64,000 bases of DNA from a virus, in IMG/VR virus record IMGVR_UViG_3300036791_000851, positions 2,600-66,599 of that record; one strand, 5' to 3'. Positions within the stretch are counted from its first letter, which is position 1. Each line of letters begins with the position of its first letter. Positions 37,773 to 47,613 of the stretch are shown here, in pieces. The position numbers and the translations under genes were made by a program. Under the pieces are notes generated by a model. That model did not search any database. It saw nothing but the letters and a program-made list of their open reading frames with translations, and had not been told where the DNA came from.

Positions 37773-38173
37773 CGCTTCGCTACCGTCCCATCCATCTTGC
37801 GTCTGCGCGTCTTGTCGAAACCGCGCGAGCGCAGCTTGCGCTTGTGTTGTTTGATGCCTTCGACAACAGCGACTGCTGCCGGAAGTTTTAACCATTCGCT
37901 CAACAGCTTGCCCCCACGGATGCGCCGTCCCTTGGCGACGATCTTGACGTCTCGCTTGGTCTTGGCCCGGTGCTCCGCGATCAGCCGCGGTGTCAAATTC
38001 CAGAACTTGTTCCGATCGGGATGGCCCGTCTCATGCAGGATGTTATGGTCGATGTGATAGAGGCTGATGATGTGGTCCTCAGCCATCTTGGTGGCATGGA
38101 TGTAAGGAATATCATCAAGGGCCAGCAATGCTGACGCATATTTTGTTTTCCAGCTGATGTGCTTGCGCCGCAT
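37769..38173 (-). CDS. HNH-like nuclease
   Basis: DH..LH.......WNL.P.....H..KT..D....AK..RI; AGGAG RBS. Confidence 0.7.
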   Translation of the reverse strand: MRRKHISWKTKYASALLALDDIPYIHATKMAEDHIISLYHIDHNILHETGHPDRNKFWNLTPRLIAEHRAKTKRDVKIVAKGRRIRGGKLLSEWLKLPAAVAVVEGIKQHKRKLRSRGFDKTRRRKMDGTVAKR

Positions 38174-38200
38174 GATTCTCCTTGCTATACAAGCAATGCT

Positions 38201-38404
38201 ATGACCAATCAAGCAGAAAGAAACCGGGCCCAAGTTTCCTTTCGGTTACCGATGCAACTACTTAAGCGGCTGCGCCGCATGACGCAGGGTAGACGCCAAT
38301 GGCCGCCATCGGGCCCGTCACAGACCGACATAATTGCCCGCGGCATCGAGCTGGCATTACTGGAGCTGGAAGAGCAGCGACATGAAGCTCGGCGCGACCG
38401 GTAA
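38201..38404 (+). CDS. Ribbon-helix-helix DNA-binding protein
   Basis: QVSFRLP..LL.RL......SQTDII.RGIE..L. Confidence 0.7.
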   Translation: MTNQAERNRAQVSFRLPMQLLKRLRRMTQGRRQWPPSGPSQTDIIARGIELALLELEEQRHEARRDR

Positions 38405-38642
38405 GTTTCCTGACGATAAGATCAGTGCCGATGATGAGGGCGAGCTGACGTGCGCGATCTCGTCGTTGCCGAACGGTAATGTACGGATCGACTTCGGCAA
38501 GGATGTCAAGTGGATCGTGCTGTCGCGCGAGTTAGGATTCCAGTTTGCCAGAGAGATCATGCGGCGATGCGTCGACCAGGTCATCAGCCTCGAAAGCGGC
38601 GCGCACATATCTTCGACAAAGAAAAATGCGGACATTACGTAG
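38382..38642 (+). CDS. Hypothetical phage protein
   Basis: GATG.FP..K...DDEGEL..AI.....V.IDFGK.V.W. Confidence 0.6.
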   Translation: MKLGATGKFPDDKISADDEGELTCAISSLPNGNVRIDFGKDVKWIVLSRELGFQFAREIMRRCVDQVISLESGAHISSTKKNADIT

Positions 38643-39157
38643 AGCCCGCCTGGGTCTCGCGCCGGCTGTTTGAGGTCGAGAGTTTTAGCGCCTTCATCTA
38701 TGACCCTGCCTGTGGCTGGGGTACTATTCTAAAAGAGGCCAAAGACGCGGGCTATCAAGTTTTTGGCACCGATGTTGTTAATCGCCGTCGTCATGGGCTT
38801 AGTAATTTCTACAAACGCGATTTCTTGACCTGGCAGGGTCGCTTGCGTGGCAGCGTCGTTTGCAATCCGCCGTTCGATCACGTGCAAGAATTTTGCGAAC
38901 GTGTGCTGGAGCTGGGCGCAATGAAAGTTGCAATGATCTGCCTTGTGCGTCGGCTCAACGCAGCTCACTGGTTGCAGGATTTGCCACTGCGGCGCATCTG
39001 GTTATTGACGCCGCGGCCGTCGATGCCGCCGGGATCATGGATCGCTGCCGGCAATAAGCCAGGTGGCGGCACGCAGGATTTCTGTTGGCTAATCTTCGAG
39101 CGCAGCTATGTCGGCAAGCCCGAAATCGGCTGGCTACATCGGGAGGCGAGCAAATGA
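38567..39157 (+). CDS. Orphan amino-DNA methyltransferase (m6A/m4C type)
   Basis: YDPACGWG (motif I) and CNPPF (motif IV). Confidence 0.85.
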   Translation: MRRPGHQPRKRRAHIFDKEKCGHYVEPAWVSRRLFEVESFSAFIYDPACGWGTILKEAKDAGYQVFGTDVVNRRRHGLSNFYKRDFLTWQGRLRGSVVCNPPFDHVQEFCERVLELGAMKVAMICLVRRLNAAHWLQDLPLRRIWLLTPRPSMPPGSWIAAGNKPGGGTQDFCWLIFERSYVGKPEIGWLHREASK

Positions 39158-39648
39158 GCGACAACATTAATATACGACTGACATGGACTGAGGTGTTGAT
39201 TGCCGCGCAAGTTGGCTGCATGCGGAATGTTCAAAGCCTACGCGGCAAATGGCAACCTGGTGCGGCCCGAGGGCTCGATGATACTTGGACTGCAAACATT
39301 GAGGGCGCGGCTGGGGAAATGGCAATTGCCAAGCATCTTGGCGTCTATTGGTCCGCCACTATCGGCGATCCAATGTCTGATGATGTGGGGCCTTACCAAG
39401 CTCGCACTAACACTAGCCGGCGACTCGATGACATGATTCTGCGTCCGAAGGATCGTGACGACCGGATTTACATCTCGGTTTTAAGTTTCGTGCCTGACTT
39501 CATTATTTGTGGGTGGATTTTGGGTGAAAACGGCAAACGCGATGAATGGAAGCGTGAGGGCTCTTTGGGCCGGCCGCCATGTTATTTTGTGCCGCGCTCG
39601 GCTCTTGAGTCCCTCGATGTCCTGCCGTTACCTGCGTCCGAACCATAA
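39154..39648 (+). CDS. Putative PD-(D/E)XK-like nuclease-fold protein
   Basis: G..GE.A.AK.LG.......DDVG..Q.R; GW. Confidence 0.5.
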   Translation: MSDNINIRLTWTEVLIAAQVGCMRNVQSLRGKWQPGAARGLDDTWTANIEGAAGEMAIAKHLGVYWSATIGDPMSDDVGPYQARTNTSRRLDDMILRPKDRDDRIYISVLSFVPDFIICGWILGENGKRDEWKREGSLGRPPCYFVPRSALESLDVLPLPASEP

Positions 39649-39797
39649 GCCGTAGAGCATGTCGGCAGAAAGAAATCCTGCGGTGATCATGAAGGCTGCG
39701 AGCAGCGCGCTCTGCCAGCTGAAGTCGACCGAGAAGTAATAGATGAGCGCGCCAATAGTTGCGAGGATGGCGAGCCATTCCCACGCGCTCATCTTTG

Positions 39798-39983
39798 TCA
39801 TTTTAATCCAATTCCTTCGGCTACTACTCGCGCTACCCATGCGACACACATGGCGCTGATTAGTAGGCCGACATACAAAAACGTGAGCTTCAGCCAAACA
39901 AATCGGTCAAATGCTCGTCTCGCCATCAACAGTGTTTTATGATGGGTGGCTTTTTTTATCGCTATCACTATGTGGTTCGTCAT
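39798..39983 (-). CDS. Small membrane protein
   Basis: One TM helix; coupled to its neighbours. Confidence 0.4.
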   Translation of the reverse strand: MTNHIVIAIKKATHHKTLLMARRAFDRFVWLKLTFLYVGLLISAMCVAWVARVVAEGIGLK

Positions 39984-40165
39984 TGGACTATGAACAAGCG
40001 TTTAGGATCAATCCAGCTTTCGCTGCCGACGGGATGATCCCAAGCGACGGCAACATCGGTGTTCTCGTGCGGCCAGTCGGTGTTCAATAGACGGTGCGAT
40101 GGATAGATGATTGTACCCGTACTGAGCCTGTCGGATTTAACCCGCGTCCCGATTAGCAGTCGCAT
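39980..40165 (-). CDS. Small SH3-like hypothetical protein
   Basis: IGTRV......GTI...V.WD....SWI; AAGGAAGGA RBS. Confidence 0.55.
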   Translation of the reverse strand: MRLLIGTRVKSDRLSTGTIIYPSHRLLNTDWPHENTDVAVAWDHPVGSESWIDPKRLFIVQ

Positions 40166-40228
40166 TTGTATTTTCCTTCCTTTCCATAAAAGACCGCTGC
40201 GGCAGGATAGTCGCAGCGGTAATTCTTG

Positions 40229-41035
40229 TTAGGCCGAAGCCTGCGCCATGCGCGCCCACCAGAAACGCTTCTGGCGCAGACGCGCAAAGCCTAGCAACAG
40301 GAGACCGACCAATCCCGGCAGACCAGCACCGGCGATTGGACCGGGGACCGCTGCCTGGTTGAAGCCCAGGAAGCTTTCCGCCCCGTCCGTGGACGGCAAG
40401 CAAGGGCTGATGGTGCTTGGACAACCGAACGAGGCTGACAAGCCCTCGAACAGACCATTAGCGTTGCCACCATTCGCAGCGATGATGCTGTTGAACGTGG
40501 TCCGCTCAGCAGCACTCAGTACGATGTCGAACACGGAATTGCCGTTGCCTTGCTGTTGAGCCAGTTGGGCAGCGGTGATGTTGACCGGGCCGTCGCCGGA
40601 GAAGGTTCCGAGGACAACGCCCGCTGAGTTGTAGATTTTCAACACCAATGTATCAAATGTGAGACCGACCACGTTACCAGTCTCGTTGGTATCGAGGCCG
40701 ATGCCGACATTCGCGCCGCTGGTCCAGCCCAAGGAATTGAGGCTCACCACCAGGCTTTCATTGGTGCCGGTGCTCGGTTGATGCACCGGGCAAGTTGCTG
40801 CGGTGCAAGCCGTTCCTGTGGGGCCGGTAAAGAGGGTTGTCCCTCCTGCACCAGCAACCGTGCCGCCCGCCTCGAAGCCGTTGTTTTGCAACGTCAGAAG
40901 ACGGGGTGCATTGCCAAAACCGGTTGCCCCAAGATCGGCAAACGTGCTCTCGGCAATCATGAGATCAGCCTGAGCGGCGGGCGCGAACGCGACCGAGGCC
41001 AAGGCGGTAGCAAGCAGCAGAGATTTTACATTCAT
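40229..41035 (-). CDS. Exported surface protein with PEP-CTERM/VPLPA-like (VPGPIAGAGLPGL) sorting signal
   Basis: Signal peptide ending AQA; C-terminal VPGP + TM helix + RLRQKR; AGGAG RBS. Confidence 0.85.
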   Translation of the reverse strand: MNVKSLLLATALASVAFAPAAQADLMIAESTFADLGATGFGNAPRLLTLQNNGFEAGGTVAGAGGTTLFTGPTGTACTAATCPVHQPSTGTNESLVVSLNSLGWTSGANVGIGLDTNETGNVVGLTFDTLVLKIYNSAGVVLGTFSGDGPVNITAAQLAQQQGNGNSVFDIVLSAAERTTFNSIIAANGGNANGLFEGLSASFGCPSTISPCLPSTDGAESFLGFNQAAVPGPIAGAGLPGLVGLLLLGFARLRQKRFWWARMAQASA

Positions 41036-41188
41036 TCTAGCTCCTGCAAGGAGACGAGGCGTAGGCTTGTTGCCATTCTGCCTCTGGGGGTGTTTGCCGT
41101 TTTCCTCCGAAACCGGCGCCTCACACGCTAGGCTATACGTGCATATCATGCTAGAGTTTATTTTTGGATTTGGTTACAGGTGCAACCT

Positions 41189-41461
41189 ATGAAGGTGACT
41201 GAATTTGCTGCCGAGACGACGGAGCTGCTCAATCTCATGGCTGCAGCTTTGAAGGGGCATCATACGTATATCCAAGGCGCAGTGCTGGCTGATCTGCTGT
41301 CTATGTTCTTGGCTGGCCACTATCTTGCGGACAATCCCGAGGAAACGGACAAGATGCGCGAGGCGCTACTCACGGCGCACATCGCGCAGGTTCGCAGGCT
41401 GATCCCGCGCAATGAGAAGCTGATCCTCGAAGGCCTTACCAAGGCGACGCGGAAGCAATGA
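41189..41461 (+). CDS. Hypothetical protein
   Basis: ORF with plausible composition. Confidence 0.55.
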   Translation: MKVTEFAAETTELLNLMAAALKGHHTYIQGAVLADLLSMFLAGHYLADNPEETDKMREALLTAHIAQVRRLIPRNEKLILEGLTKATRKQ

Positions 41462-41631
41462 TGACGCATCTGCCACAAATCCGCCATCTGCAAAGTGTTG
41501 CGTTTCGCTAACGGAGGGACGGTGCGATGATCCATCCAACGATGCTGGTTTATCTTGGTTTGACGGCGCTTCAGATTTGGGCATTCGTTGCGTTTGTCAA
41601 ATGGCTGTTTTTTTAACAGGAGGACGACGCG

Positions 41632-42039
41632 ATGCTGGACGACAAGGAAGCTTATCATGCTGTTGCTCGCGCAGTGCAACAAACGCGAGAAGCGACGGGC
41701 GAGGCGCCGACAAGCGAGGCACCCGTGGTCGAGGACTTCGGCAACCTCAGCGCCGAGCCGCTACTGAAGTTTGCGGAGGCGGCGGCTGTCCATATCGAAC
41801 GCTGCGGCGCCGAGGTACAGTTGGAGGCGACGAAGCTTGCGGCCGATTGCCAGCGTCTCGCCAACGATATTCGTGAAGTGGCGGCCGGCCAGGCTGATGC
41901 GATCTTGCGTGCGACCAAACGAAATCGCAAAGCGGCAGCAGCTCTGACAACGATCCGAGACGAGTTCAGGGAAGATGTCGAGCAGGAGATCGCAACTGTT
42001 CAGAAGCTGGACAAAGCCAAGAAGGAGGAGGCGGCATGA
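41632..42039 (+). CDS. Coiled-coil hypothetical protein
   Basis: AGGAGG RBS. Confidence 0.65.
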   Translation: MLDDKEAYHAVARAVQQTREATGEAPTSEAPVVEDFGNLSAEPLLKFAEAAAVHIERCGAEVQLEATKLAADCQRLANDIREVAAGQADAILRATKRNRKAAAALTTIRDEFREDVEQEIATVQKLDKAKKEEAA

Positions 42040-42197
42040 ACACGTATAGCAAAATAGTGCTGACAATCATCGCTGGTGCGCTGGTGACATTATGCATTCA
42101 GAATGCAGTAGCGGTCAGCAAAGCTTCCAGTGAATGCGGATACGCTAGTTTCGTGCCTTGTTACGTAGAAATTCTGCGTATGCCGCGTCAATACTAA
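42036..42197 (+). CDS. Small exported/membrane peptide (53 aa)
   Basis: GGAGG RBS and ATGA coupling; MNTYSKIVLTIIAGALVTLCIQ...CG.....PCYV. Confidence 0.55.
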   Translation: MNTYSKIVLTIIAGALVTLCIQNAVAVSKASSECGYASFVPCYVEILRMPRQY

Positions 42198-42255
42198 TCA
42201 CTGCCACCACCCTCCCATCGATGTCCCGTCGTTGTGTTGTGTCAGTGGTGGCGTG

Positions 42256-42292
42256 AGGTGCGGCCGGGCCCCTGTCCGGCCGCACCTGTTTT
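42256..42292 (+). terminator. Intrinsic terminator
   Basis: AGGTGCGGCCGG/CCGGCCGCACCT 12-bp stem followed by GTTTT, at a convergent junction. Confidence 0.7.
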
Positions 42293-42614
42293 AATCCACC
42301 ACCACCAATTCGCGCGACGCTGAAGCGATCTGCGGAACCGGCGGCGCGATCTGTGGGACCGGCGGCGGCAAAGCCAATCGCTCTGCCCGTTCTAACGCCG
42401 CTCCATATGTCCACGGTTTGGCCTGCGCGATCTCCTCGTAGTGCGGCAAGGCGCGATAGTCGACCGCTCCCCAGCTCGACCCGTGATCAGCCAGGTATCG
42501 GCCCATCAAGCAAAACACCGGGTCTGACCAGATGTATTCCTCGTCCGGCTCTTGCCGGCGTAACCAGGAAACCACCATCTCAACCGTCAACGGAACCGTC
42601 ATCTCGACGCGCAT
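42291..42614 (-). CDS. Hypothetical protein
   Basis: GGAGG RBS; WL..Q.P...Y.W.....C....YL...PWT.GAAL.R. Confidence 0.6.
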   Translation of the reverse strand: MRVEMTVPLTVEMVVSWLRRQEPDEEYIWSDPVFCLMGRYLADHGSSWGAVDYRALPHYEEIAQAKPWTYGAALERAERLALPPPVPQIAPPVPQIASASRELVVVD

Positions 42615-42690
42615 GGGTTGCCTCCGTGAAACGGCCCGCCCCAACCAGAGACGGGCCGTTGCCCAATCAAAGAAGACTGACAGGTTGGTT

Positions 42691-42900
42691 TCATACCTTC
42701 ACGCGCTCATTATAGCTGAAAGCCTCCGGCGGCGCCAGTCGCTGCGCGTTCCACTGCAGGAAGCCGCTGATCTTCTCGGCCAATTCATAGCTCTCGGCCA
42801 ACTCGAGCCAATGCTGCTCCATGTCGCGCAGCCGCAGCTCACGGCAACGCGCAGCGCGCTTGCGACAGTACTGAGCCTGTCCGGCGAGGTGGAACCGCAT
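42691..42900 (-). CDS. Small protein of a rhizobial type (A..CR.RA..C....WL.LA.SY)
   Basis: GGAGG RBS; motif as named. Confidence 0.55.
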   Translation of the reverse strand: MRFHLAGQAQYCRKRAARCRELRLRDMEQHWLELAESYELAEKISGFLQWNAQRLAPPEAFSYNERVKV

Positions 42901-43065
42901 AGCTACCTCCGCACGAGGTAGCCAGACATGTAAAGCTAGCCACGCTGAGTCGCAAGTTGCTTGCGCAGGTTTTCCCGTGTCGCTTTGTTGAGCGCGATCA
43001 CGCAATCCCAGCAGGCGCAGCCGCGCAGATCGCGCAGCCCGAGCAGCTGCAGCGCTTCGGTTGCG

Positions 43066-43290
43066 CTAAAGCCCTCCATTTGGAGGAGCTTGATCGCGTA
43101 ATGTGCGTCGGATGTCCGCATCTTTCAGTAGTCTCATAAGCTCTGGAGGCACGTGGATCAAGATGCTGTTTGCGCTGCGCACTTCGCCCCAACCATCATT
43201 AAATTCCACCAACCAAAAATCTTCGCCAGCCTCGACCCAGTGACGATAGACCCAATATTCTCGCATTCTGATCGGAGTGTCGTTGGTCAT
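43066..43290 (-). CDS. Hypothetical protein
   Basis: ATGA coupling with the helicase stop. Confidence 0.5.
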   Translation of the reverse strand: MTNDTPIRMREYWVYRHWVEAGEDFWLVEFNDGWGEVRSANSILIHVPPELMRLLKDADIRRTLRDQAPPNGGL

Positions 43291-44837
43291 GCTTGCTTCC
43301 GATTGGGATTGCGCGGATCGTTGGCCCAAGCGATGAATCTGCTGCGGATATATTGATTGACCTCGGCCCCAACCTCGGGCGCCGGCGGCAGCTGCTTCCA
43401 CGACCAAGGCGGCCATTGTCCCCCGAATTTCTCGCGAAAAGTTACATCAGGCCATCCTGGTCTGTAATGCGGCTTCGTTAACGCAAAAGCCTTGAGTTGC
43501 AGATAGAACGCGCGCTTCTCTGCGTAGGTATATGGAAAAAGCTCGGGATTGCGGCGCTTGCCTTGTGGACGTCCGTCGAGTTCCTGCAGCTCGCCCTCGC
43601 GCTCATAGATGCTGCTCACTGTCTTGCGTTCGAACCCGCATTCGGGGCATTTCTTGCAGCCAACTGGAATCAGATAGGCGCACTGCGGGCAAGGCTTCGG
43701 CAACGGTGGACTGCGCTCGACCTTTTCTTTCTCTTCATCAAAGCGGCTGCCGTTGAGGCACTCGTGGTGGATGCTCGTGACAAAACCAAGACGCGCGGTC
43801 GTATCGGTGTGATCGAGAATCAGCGCGTAGTCTTTACCCTCGGCGGTACGCAGGCATCGGCCGATGATCTGCACGAACAGCATCTCTGACTTTGTCGGGC
43901 GTGCTAGCTGCAGGCAACGCACATCCCAGTCGACGCCAGTCGTTAATGTGCCGATGTTTGCGATCACCTTAAGCTCGCCGTTGTGGAACGCGCGTTTCAG
44001 CGCGGCGCGCTCGTGGCTTGGCGTATTAGCGTCCTGATAGCCGCAAGCGATGCCGGCCTCGACGAACCGATCACGCAGCGTTTGCGCGTGGGCGCAGTCG
44101 ACCGCGAACAGCAGCGTTTTGTCCTTGTTCCATAGTTTGCGCCAGGTCTCCACAACATTGGCAACGAGGGGCGATTGGCTCATGACATTGGACAATTGCC
44201 CCTCGTGGTAGTCGCCGGCCACGGTCTTGACCGAAGACAAGTCCGGGTGGTCAGCGGCGTACACCTTGAACTTGGACAGAAAGCCCAGCTCAATCAGATC
44301 GGCCGTCGTGCTCATCACCAGCAGGCTTTCGAAATAGCGTCCGAGACCTTTCGTCCATGGCGTCGCGCTAAGCCCGATGAACGGCACCTTGTCCCAGCCG
44401 TCGGTGCAACCCGTCAGCGCGCCGGTCTCCTTGTCGAAATGCCCCATCCATTTCGCGTGCTGCTGATGGAGCTGGTGGCATTCATCGACCACCACGAGTT
44501 TGGCCTCGGGGTAAGTGCCGCGCGATCGGATCGTCTGGATGCTCGCCACCTGGACGGGGAGAGCCCAGTTGGTCATGACGTGGTTGGCCTGGATGACGCC
44601 AATGTCGCGGATGCCCTCGGCATAGAACATTTCCACGGTTTGATCGATCAGCATGAGCGCCGGCACGACGAATACCAGTCGGTTGCCCTTGCGCCGGGCG
44701 CCCTCGACCATGGCGGCCGCCAGGAGCGTCTTGCCTGAACCGGTAGGAGCTTGCACCACGAGCCGGCGCACACCTTGACCAAGGGTGTCGCGGATACTGG
44801 CAAGTGCTTCTTCCTGATACGGCCGAAGCTCTGTCAT
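43287..44837 (-). CDS. SF2 DEAD/DEAH helicase with Zn ribbon (RadD/YejH-like)
   Basis: LRPYQ, APTGSGKT, DECH, SATP, Q..GR.LR, CPQC..CPEC. Confidence 0.93.
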   Translation of the reverse strand: MTELRPYQEEALASIRDTLGQGVRRLVVQAPTGSGKTLLAAAMVEGARRKGNRLVFVVPALMLIDQTVEMFYAEGIRDIGVIQANHVMTNWALPVQVASIQTIRSRGTYPEAKLVVVDECHQLHQQHAKWMGHFDKETGALTGCTDGWDKVPFIGLSATPWTKGLGRYFESLLVMSTTADLIELGFLSKFKVYAADHPDLSSVKTVAGDYHEGQLSNVMSQSPLVANVVETWRKLWNKDKTLLFAVDCAHAQTLRDRFVEAGIACGYQDANTPSHERAALKRAFHNGELKVIANIGTLTTGVDWDVRCLQLARPTKSEMLFVQIIGRCLRTAEGKDYALILDHTDTTARLGFVTSIHHECLNGSRFDEEKEKVERSPPLPKPCPQCAYLIPVGCKKCPECGFERKTVSSIYEREGELQELDGRPQGKRRNPELFPYTYAEKRAFYLQLKAFALTKPHYRPGWPDVTFREKFGGQWPPWSWKQLPPAPEVGAEVNQYIRSRFIAWANDPRNPNRKQA

Positions 44838-44992
44838 TTGATGACGGCGGTCATGGGATGTCTCCCAGCATGCGGCCGATGCCGGTCTCATGGTCGTGGT
44901 CGGCCTTCTTGAGTGCCATGACCAAGCTGAAAACCTGACGGCGCAGCAGTTGTAGATCGCTGGCATGGCGGTCTAGTTCGCCGGCGATGCGT

Positions 44993-45253
44993 TCAAGTTC
45001 GGCGAGCAGATTGACTTTGGCCACGGTCCAACTCCTCGACGATGTTATTGAATTTGTAGTCGGGAATAGTCAGGTGCAGCCGTACCAGCAGGCGCAGCAA
45101 ACGCGCAGCCGGTTCGGGGATTCCGGTCTTGCCGGCCTGGTAGCGAAACACTGTGCGCTCGTCTACACCCAGCACCTGGGCGACCTTGAGGTGGCCCCAG
45201 CCTAATTCGGTGCGCGCGGCGCGATATTGAGAAGGCGTCAAATGTGCCTCCAA
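44993..45253 (-). CDS. XRE-like HTH transcriptional regulator
   Basis: TP.QYR.AR..LG.....VA..LGV..RTV.RY..G...IP. Confidence 0.8.
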   Translation of the reverse strand: MEAHLTPSQYRAARTELGWGHLKVAQVLGVDERTVFRYQAGKTGIPEPAARLLRLLVRLHLTIPDYKFNNIVEELDRGQSQSARRT

Positions 45254-45377
45254 TTGATGCGCTGACGGATGAAACGGATAGCCGCGCGTGTTACGCCAAA
45301 TTCGCGGGCTAATTCCGTGTTGGTCTTTTGTGAAGCTCTATGATTGCGATCTATCTTTACTTCAATTCGCTTTGGCA

Positions 45378-45650
45378 TCATCCCACTATCTCCTTGACCT
45401 CGTCGCAGCAGTCATAAGTCGCAGCGCACGTTTGCAGCCACCAATCTCTGGAGACATTGGAATTGACTGCGATGGTTGCAGCCAGCCGCAGAAATGTCGA
45501 GCCGACGCAAGACCAAGCGTCGCTTGTCGTTAGCTCGATGATATCGGCAAATTGCGCGACATCTTGCATGAGCTTGTAGGCCTTGCCGGTCGCGTATTTC
45601 TGCAGGTCGCGCTCGGCCTGACTGAGTCCTGCTGTTGCTCGTGTTGCCAT
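45378..45650 (-). CDS. Hypothetical protein
   Basis: GAGGAGG RBS. Confidence 0.55.
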   Translation of the reverse strand: MATRATAGLSQAERDLQKYATGKAYKLMQDVAQFADIIELTTSDAWSCVGSTFLRLAATIAVNSNVSRDWWLQTCAATYDCCDEVKEIVG

Positions 45651-45652
45651 GA

Positions 45653-45925
45653 TCAGTCCTCCTCGTCATCGTAGTCGTAGCCTCGTCTCCGAAGCTCGAA
45701 CATGCGTTCTTGGTGACGCCAGTATCTTCGCGATGCTCGCAGACGTTCCTGCTCCTCAATGTCTTCGCGCCATTGACGCTGCTGCTCGTATTGGAACATG
45801 CCTTGCAGCATATCGTTGGCGGTAGGCGCCCCCGAAGGATTACCAGGATTGAAGCGCGGAGAATTGAATTGCGCCCATGCCGGGGTTGAAAGCAGCATGG
45901 CGATGGCAACGATGGCGGTTTTCAT
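45653..45925 (-). CDS. Small exported protein
   Basis: Signal peptide MKTAIVAIAMLLSTPAWA; AAGGAG RBS. Confidence 0.65.
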   Translation of the reverse strand: MKTAIVAIAMLLSTPAWAQFNSPRFNPGNPSGAPTANDMLQGMFQYEQQRQWREDIEEQERLRASRRYWRHQERMFELRRRGYDYDDEED

Positions 45926-45951
45926 GTCAGTCTCCTTGGTTGCGGTTCGCT

Positions 45952-45980
45952 ATCATGACACGCTGTCGCCGCTACGTCAA
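45952..45980 (-). promoter_or_regulatory. Sigma70-like promoter
   Basis: TTGACG-17 nt-CATGAT on the minus strand. Confidence 0.55.
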
Positions 45981-46333
45981 AACTTCGGCTCCATCGCCTC
46001 GATATCCTTGCGTACTTGTTCAAGCTCAGCGCGCAAGCTGCGTATCTCGTCGCACGCGACCGCGATCAGATCGCTCAGCTCGTCGGGCACGTTGTCGTGG
46101 CCTTCCCACCAACCGAGCGCTGCAACAATGTCCAAAGGCTGGGGCATGTCAGTCTCCTAGATGTCGGTAGCCCTGCCGGCGGATGCGGTAGGGCACGTTG
46201 CCAGCTTCAATGCGAACGTCAGGACCATCGTGCGCTGGCATGACGGACCACAGCAACTTGCTGCTGCCTTTGCGCGAGCGCTCGGCCACGTAAATGCACC
46301 CAGCAAACGGCGCGCTGATGTAGATGCCGCGGA

Positions 46334-46525
46334 TCATCGCGCCCTCCGTTTGTCGCCTTCGGTGTATCGCTTTGCTGCAGCGACGGCGTCACGAAAAGAG
46401 GCATGCTTGCTGAGATGATCAAACACGGTGCCGTTCTTCGGGATGACAAACCAACCGGGGATGCCGACCGGCGAGAGCGGGTGCCAGCGCACGATGCGGT
46501 AGTTGCCGATAACGCGCTTGCTCAT
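46334..46525 (-). CDS. Small early-region hypothetical protein
   Basis: GGAGG RBS; ATGA-coupled gene array. Confidence 0.55.
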   Translation of the reverse strand: MSKRVIGNYRIVRWHPLSPVGIPGWFVIPKNGTVFDHLSKHASFRDAVAAAKRYTEGDKRRAR

Positions 46526-46761
46526 CGCCAGCCCTCCTGATTGGTGATCTGCTCGCAGCGCATCGCGGCACGATCCAGCTCACGAGCGATTCGCATCCAC
46601 ACGCGACCTGGGCCACACTCCTGCCATGAGGCTTCGAGGCCGAGCGCATCGCTGCCGAACGTGTCGGCGGCCTCGCGCAGCACGCGGGCCACTTCGATCG
46701 GGCTGGCGACGTCGAGGGAAAGCTTCGGGTTAGACATCTCAGTCTCCTGTGTTGGGCTCAT
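46522..46761 (-). CDS. Small early-region hypothetical protein
   Basis: Part of a coupled small-gene array. Confidence 0.55.
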   Translation of the reverse strand: MSPTQETEMSNPKLSLDVASPIEVARVLREAADTFGSDALGLEASWQECGPGRVWMRIARELDRAAMRCEQITNQEGWR

Positions 46762-47406
46762 CAGGTGCCGCTTACGGCACGACCGCGCGTTAGCGCGCGG
46801 TTTCGCCCTGCTGTCTCACCTTGCGTGAGCTCTCCAGCGGCACCAATTCGGTGGCGCCGTTCTCGAGGTTCATTTCCAGCACGTAGGGCACGCCGCCGAT
46901 GCGGCAGCGATAATCTGGATGCGTGCGGTTCCACACCATCCGCTCGGGCTTGGTCATCTTGCGCATGCGAGCCTCCTCACACCACGAACGACACGGCATA
47001 GCGCCGGCCGTTGGGCTCTTGATTGATGATGGCGACGGGGCCGTGCCGATCGCGCAGCGCGTAGGCGACGGCGAACAGATCACAGTCGGTGGGGAAGGGC
47101 AGAGGCAGCGGGCAAACGGGGAATTGCCCGAAGCCGGAAAAGCGTCCGGTCCAGCACTTGGCTTGGACGTCGCGTTCCAGGACGATGGTGCGGATCACGT
47201 TGCAGTCGATACACATATCGGTCTCCTTTGCTTGGGAAACCATACAAAGCATGACGCTCTGTCACTGTCAATATGCCATGTGGATAATTCTTTAGATAGC
47301 CTGCGACATGGTGCGCAATAGGTCCGAAGCGGGATGGTTGCCTTTAGCAACCAATAATTGTCGCGCCAATCGTCGCGCCTGCAACGATTTCGGATTAGGA
47401 TGAGAC

Positions 47407-47613
47407 ATGCGTCTGCGCATGAAAGCCGGCTTCGATTGGGGCCGCCTGGCATGGGGCAAGCCCGACAGTCCGGTGCGGTCGTTCTGTGCTTATTGCCACG
47501 CTTACATTCCCGACGACGATGTGCCGCTGATGTTTTGGGCGGACGACGGTTCGGCGATCTCACTGTGTGAGGCCTGCAGCGAACGATGGATCGTTAGAAA
47601 GAAACAGACGTAG
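47407..47613 (+). CDS. Small Zn-ribbon protein
   Basis: CAYC...LCEAC. Confidence 0.55.
   Translation: MRLRMKAGFDWGRLAWGKPDSPVRSFCAYCHAYIPDDDVPLMFWADDGSAISLCEACSERWIVRKKQT

Noticed and set aside
44838-44966. N-terminal extension of the helicase
   Set aside because: The domain begins at MTELRPYQ (44837), and a separate 57-aa ORF (45025-44852) occupies this stretch
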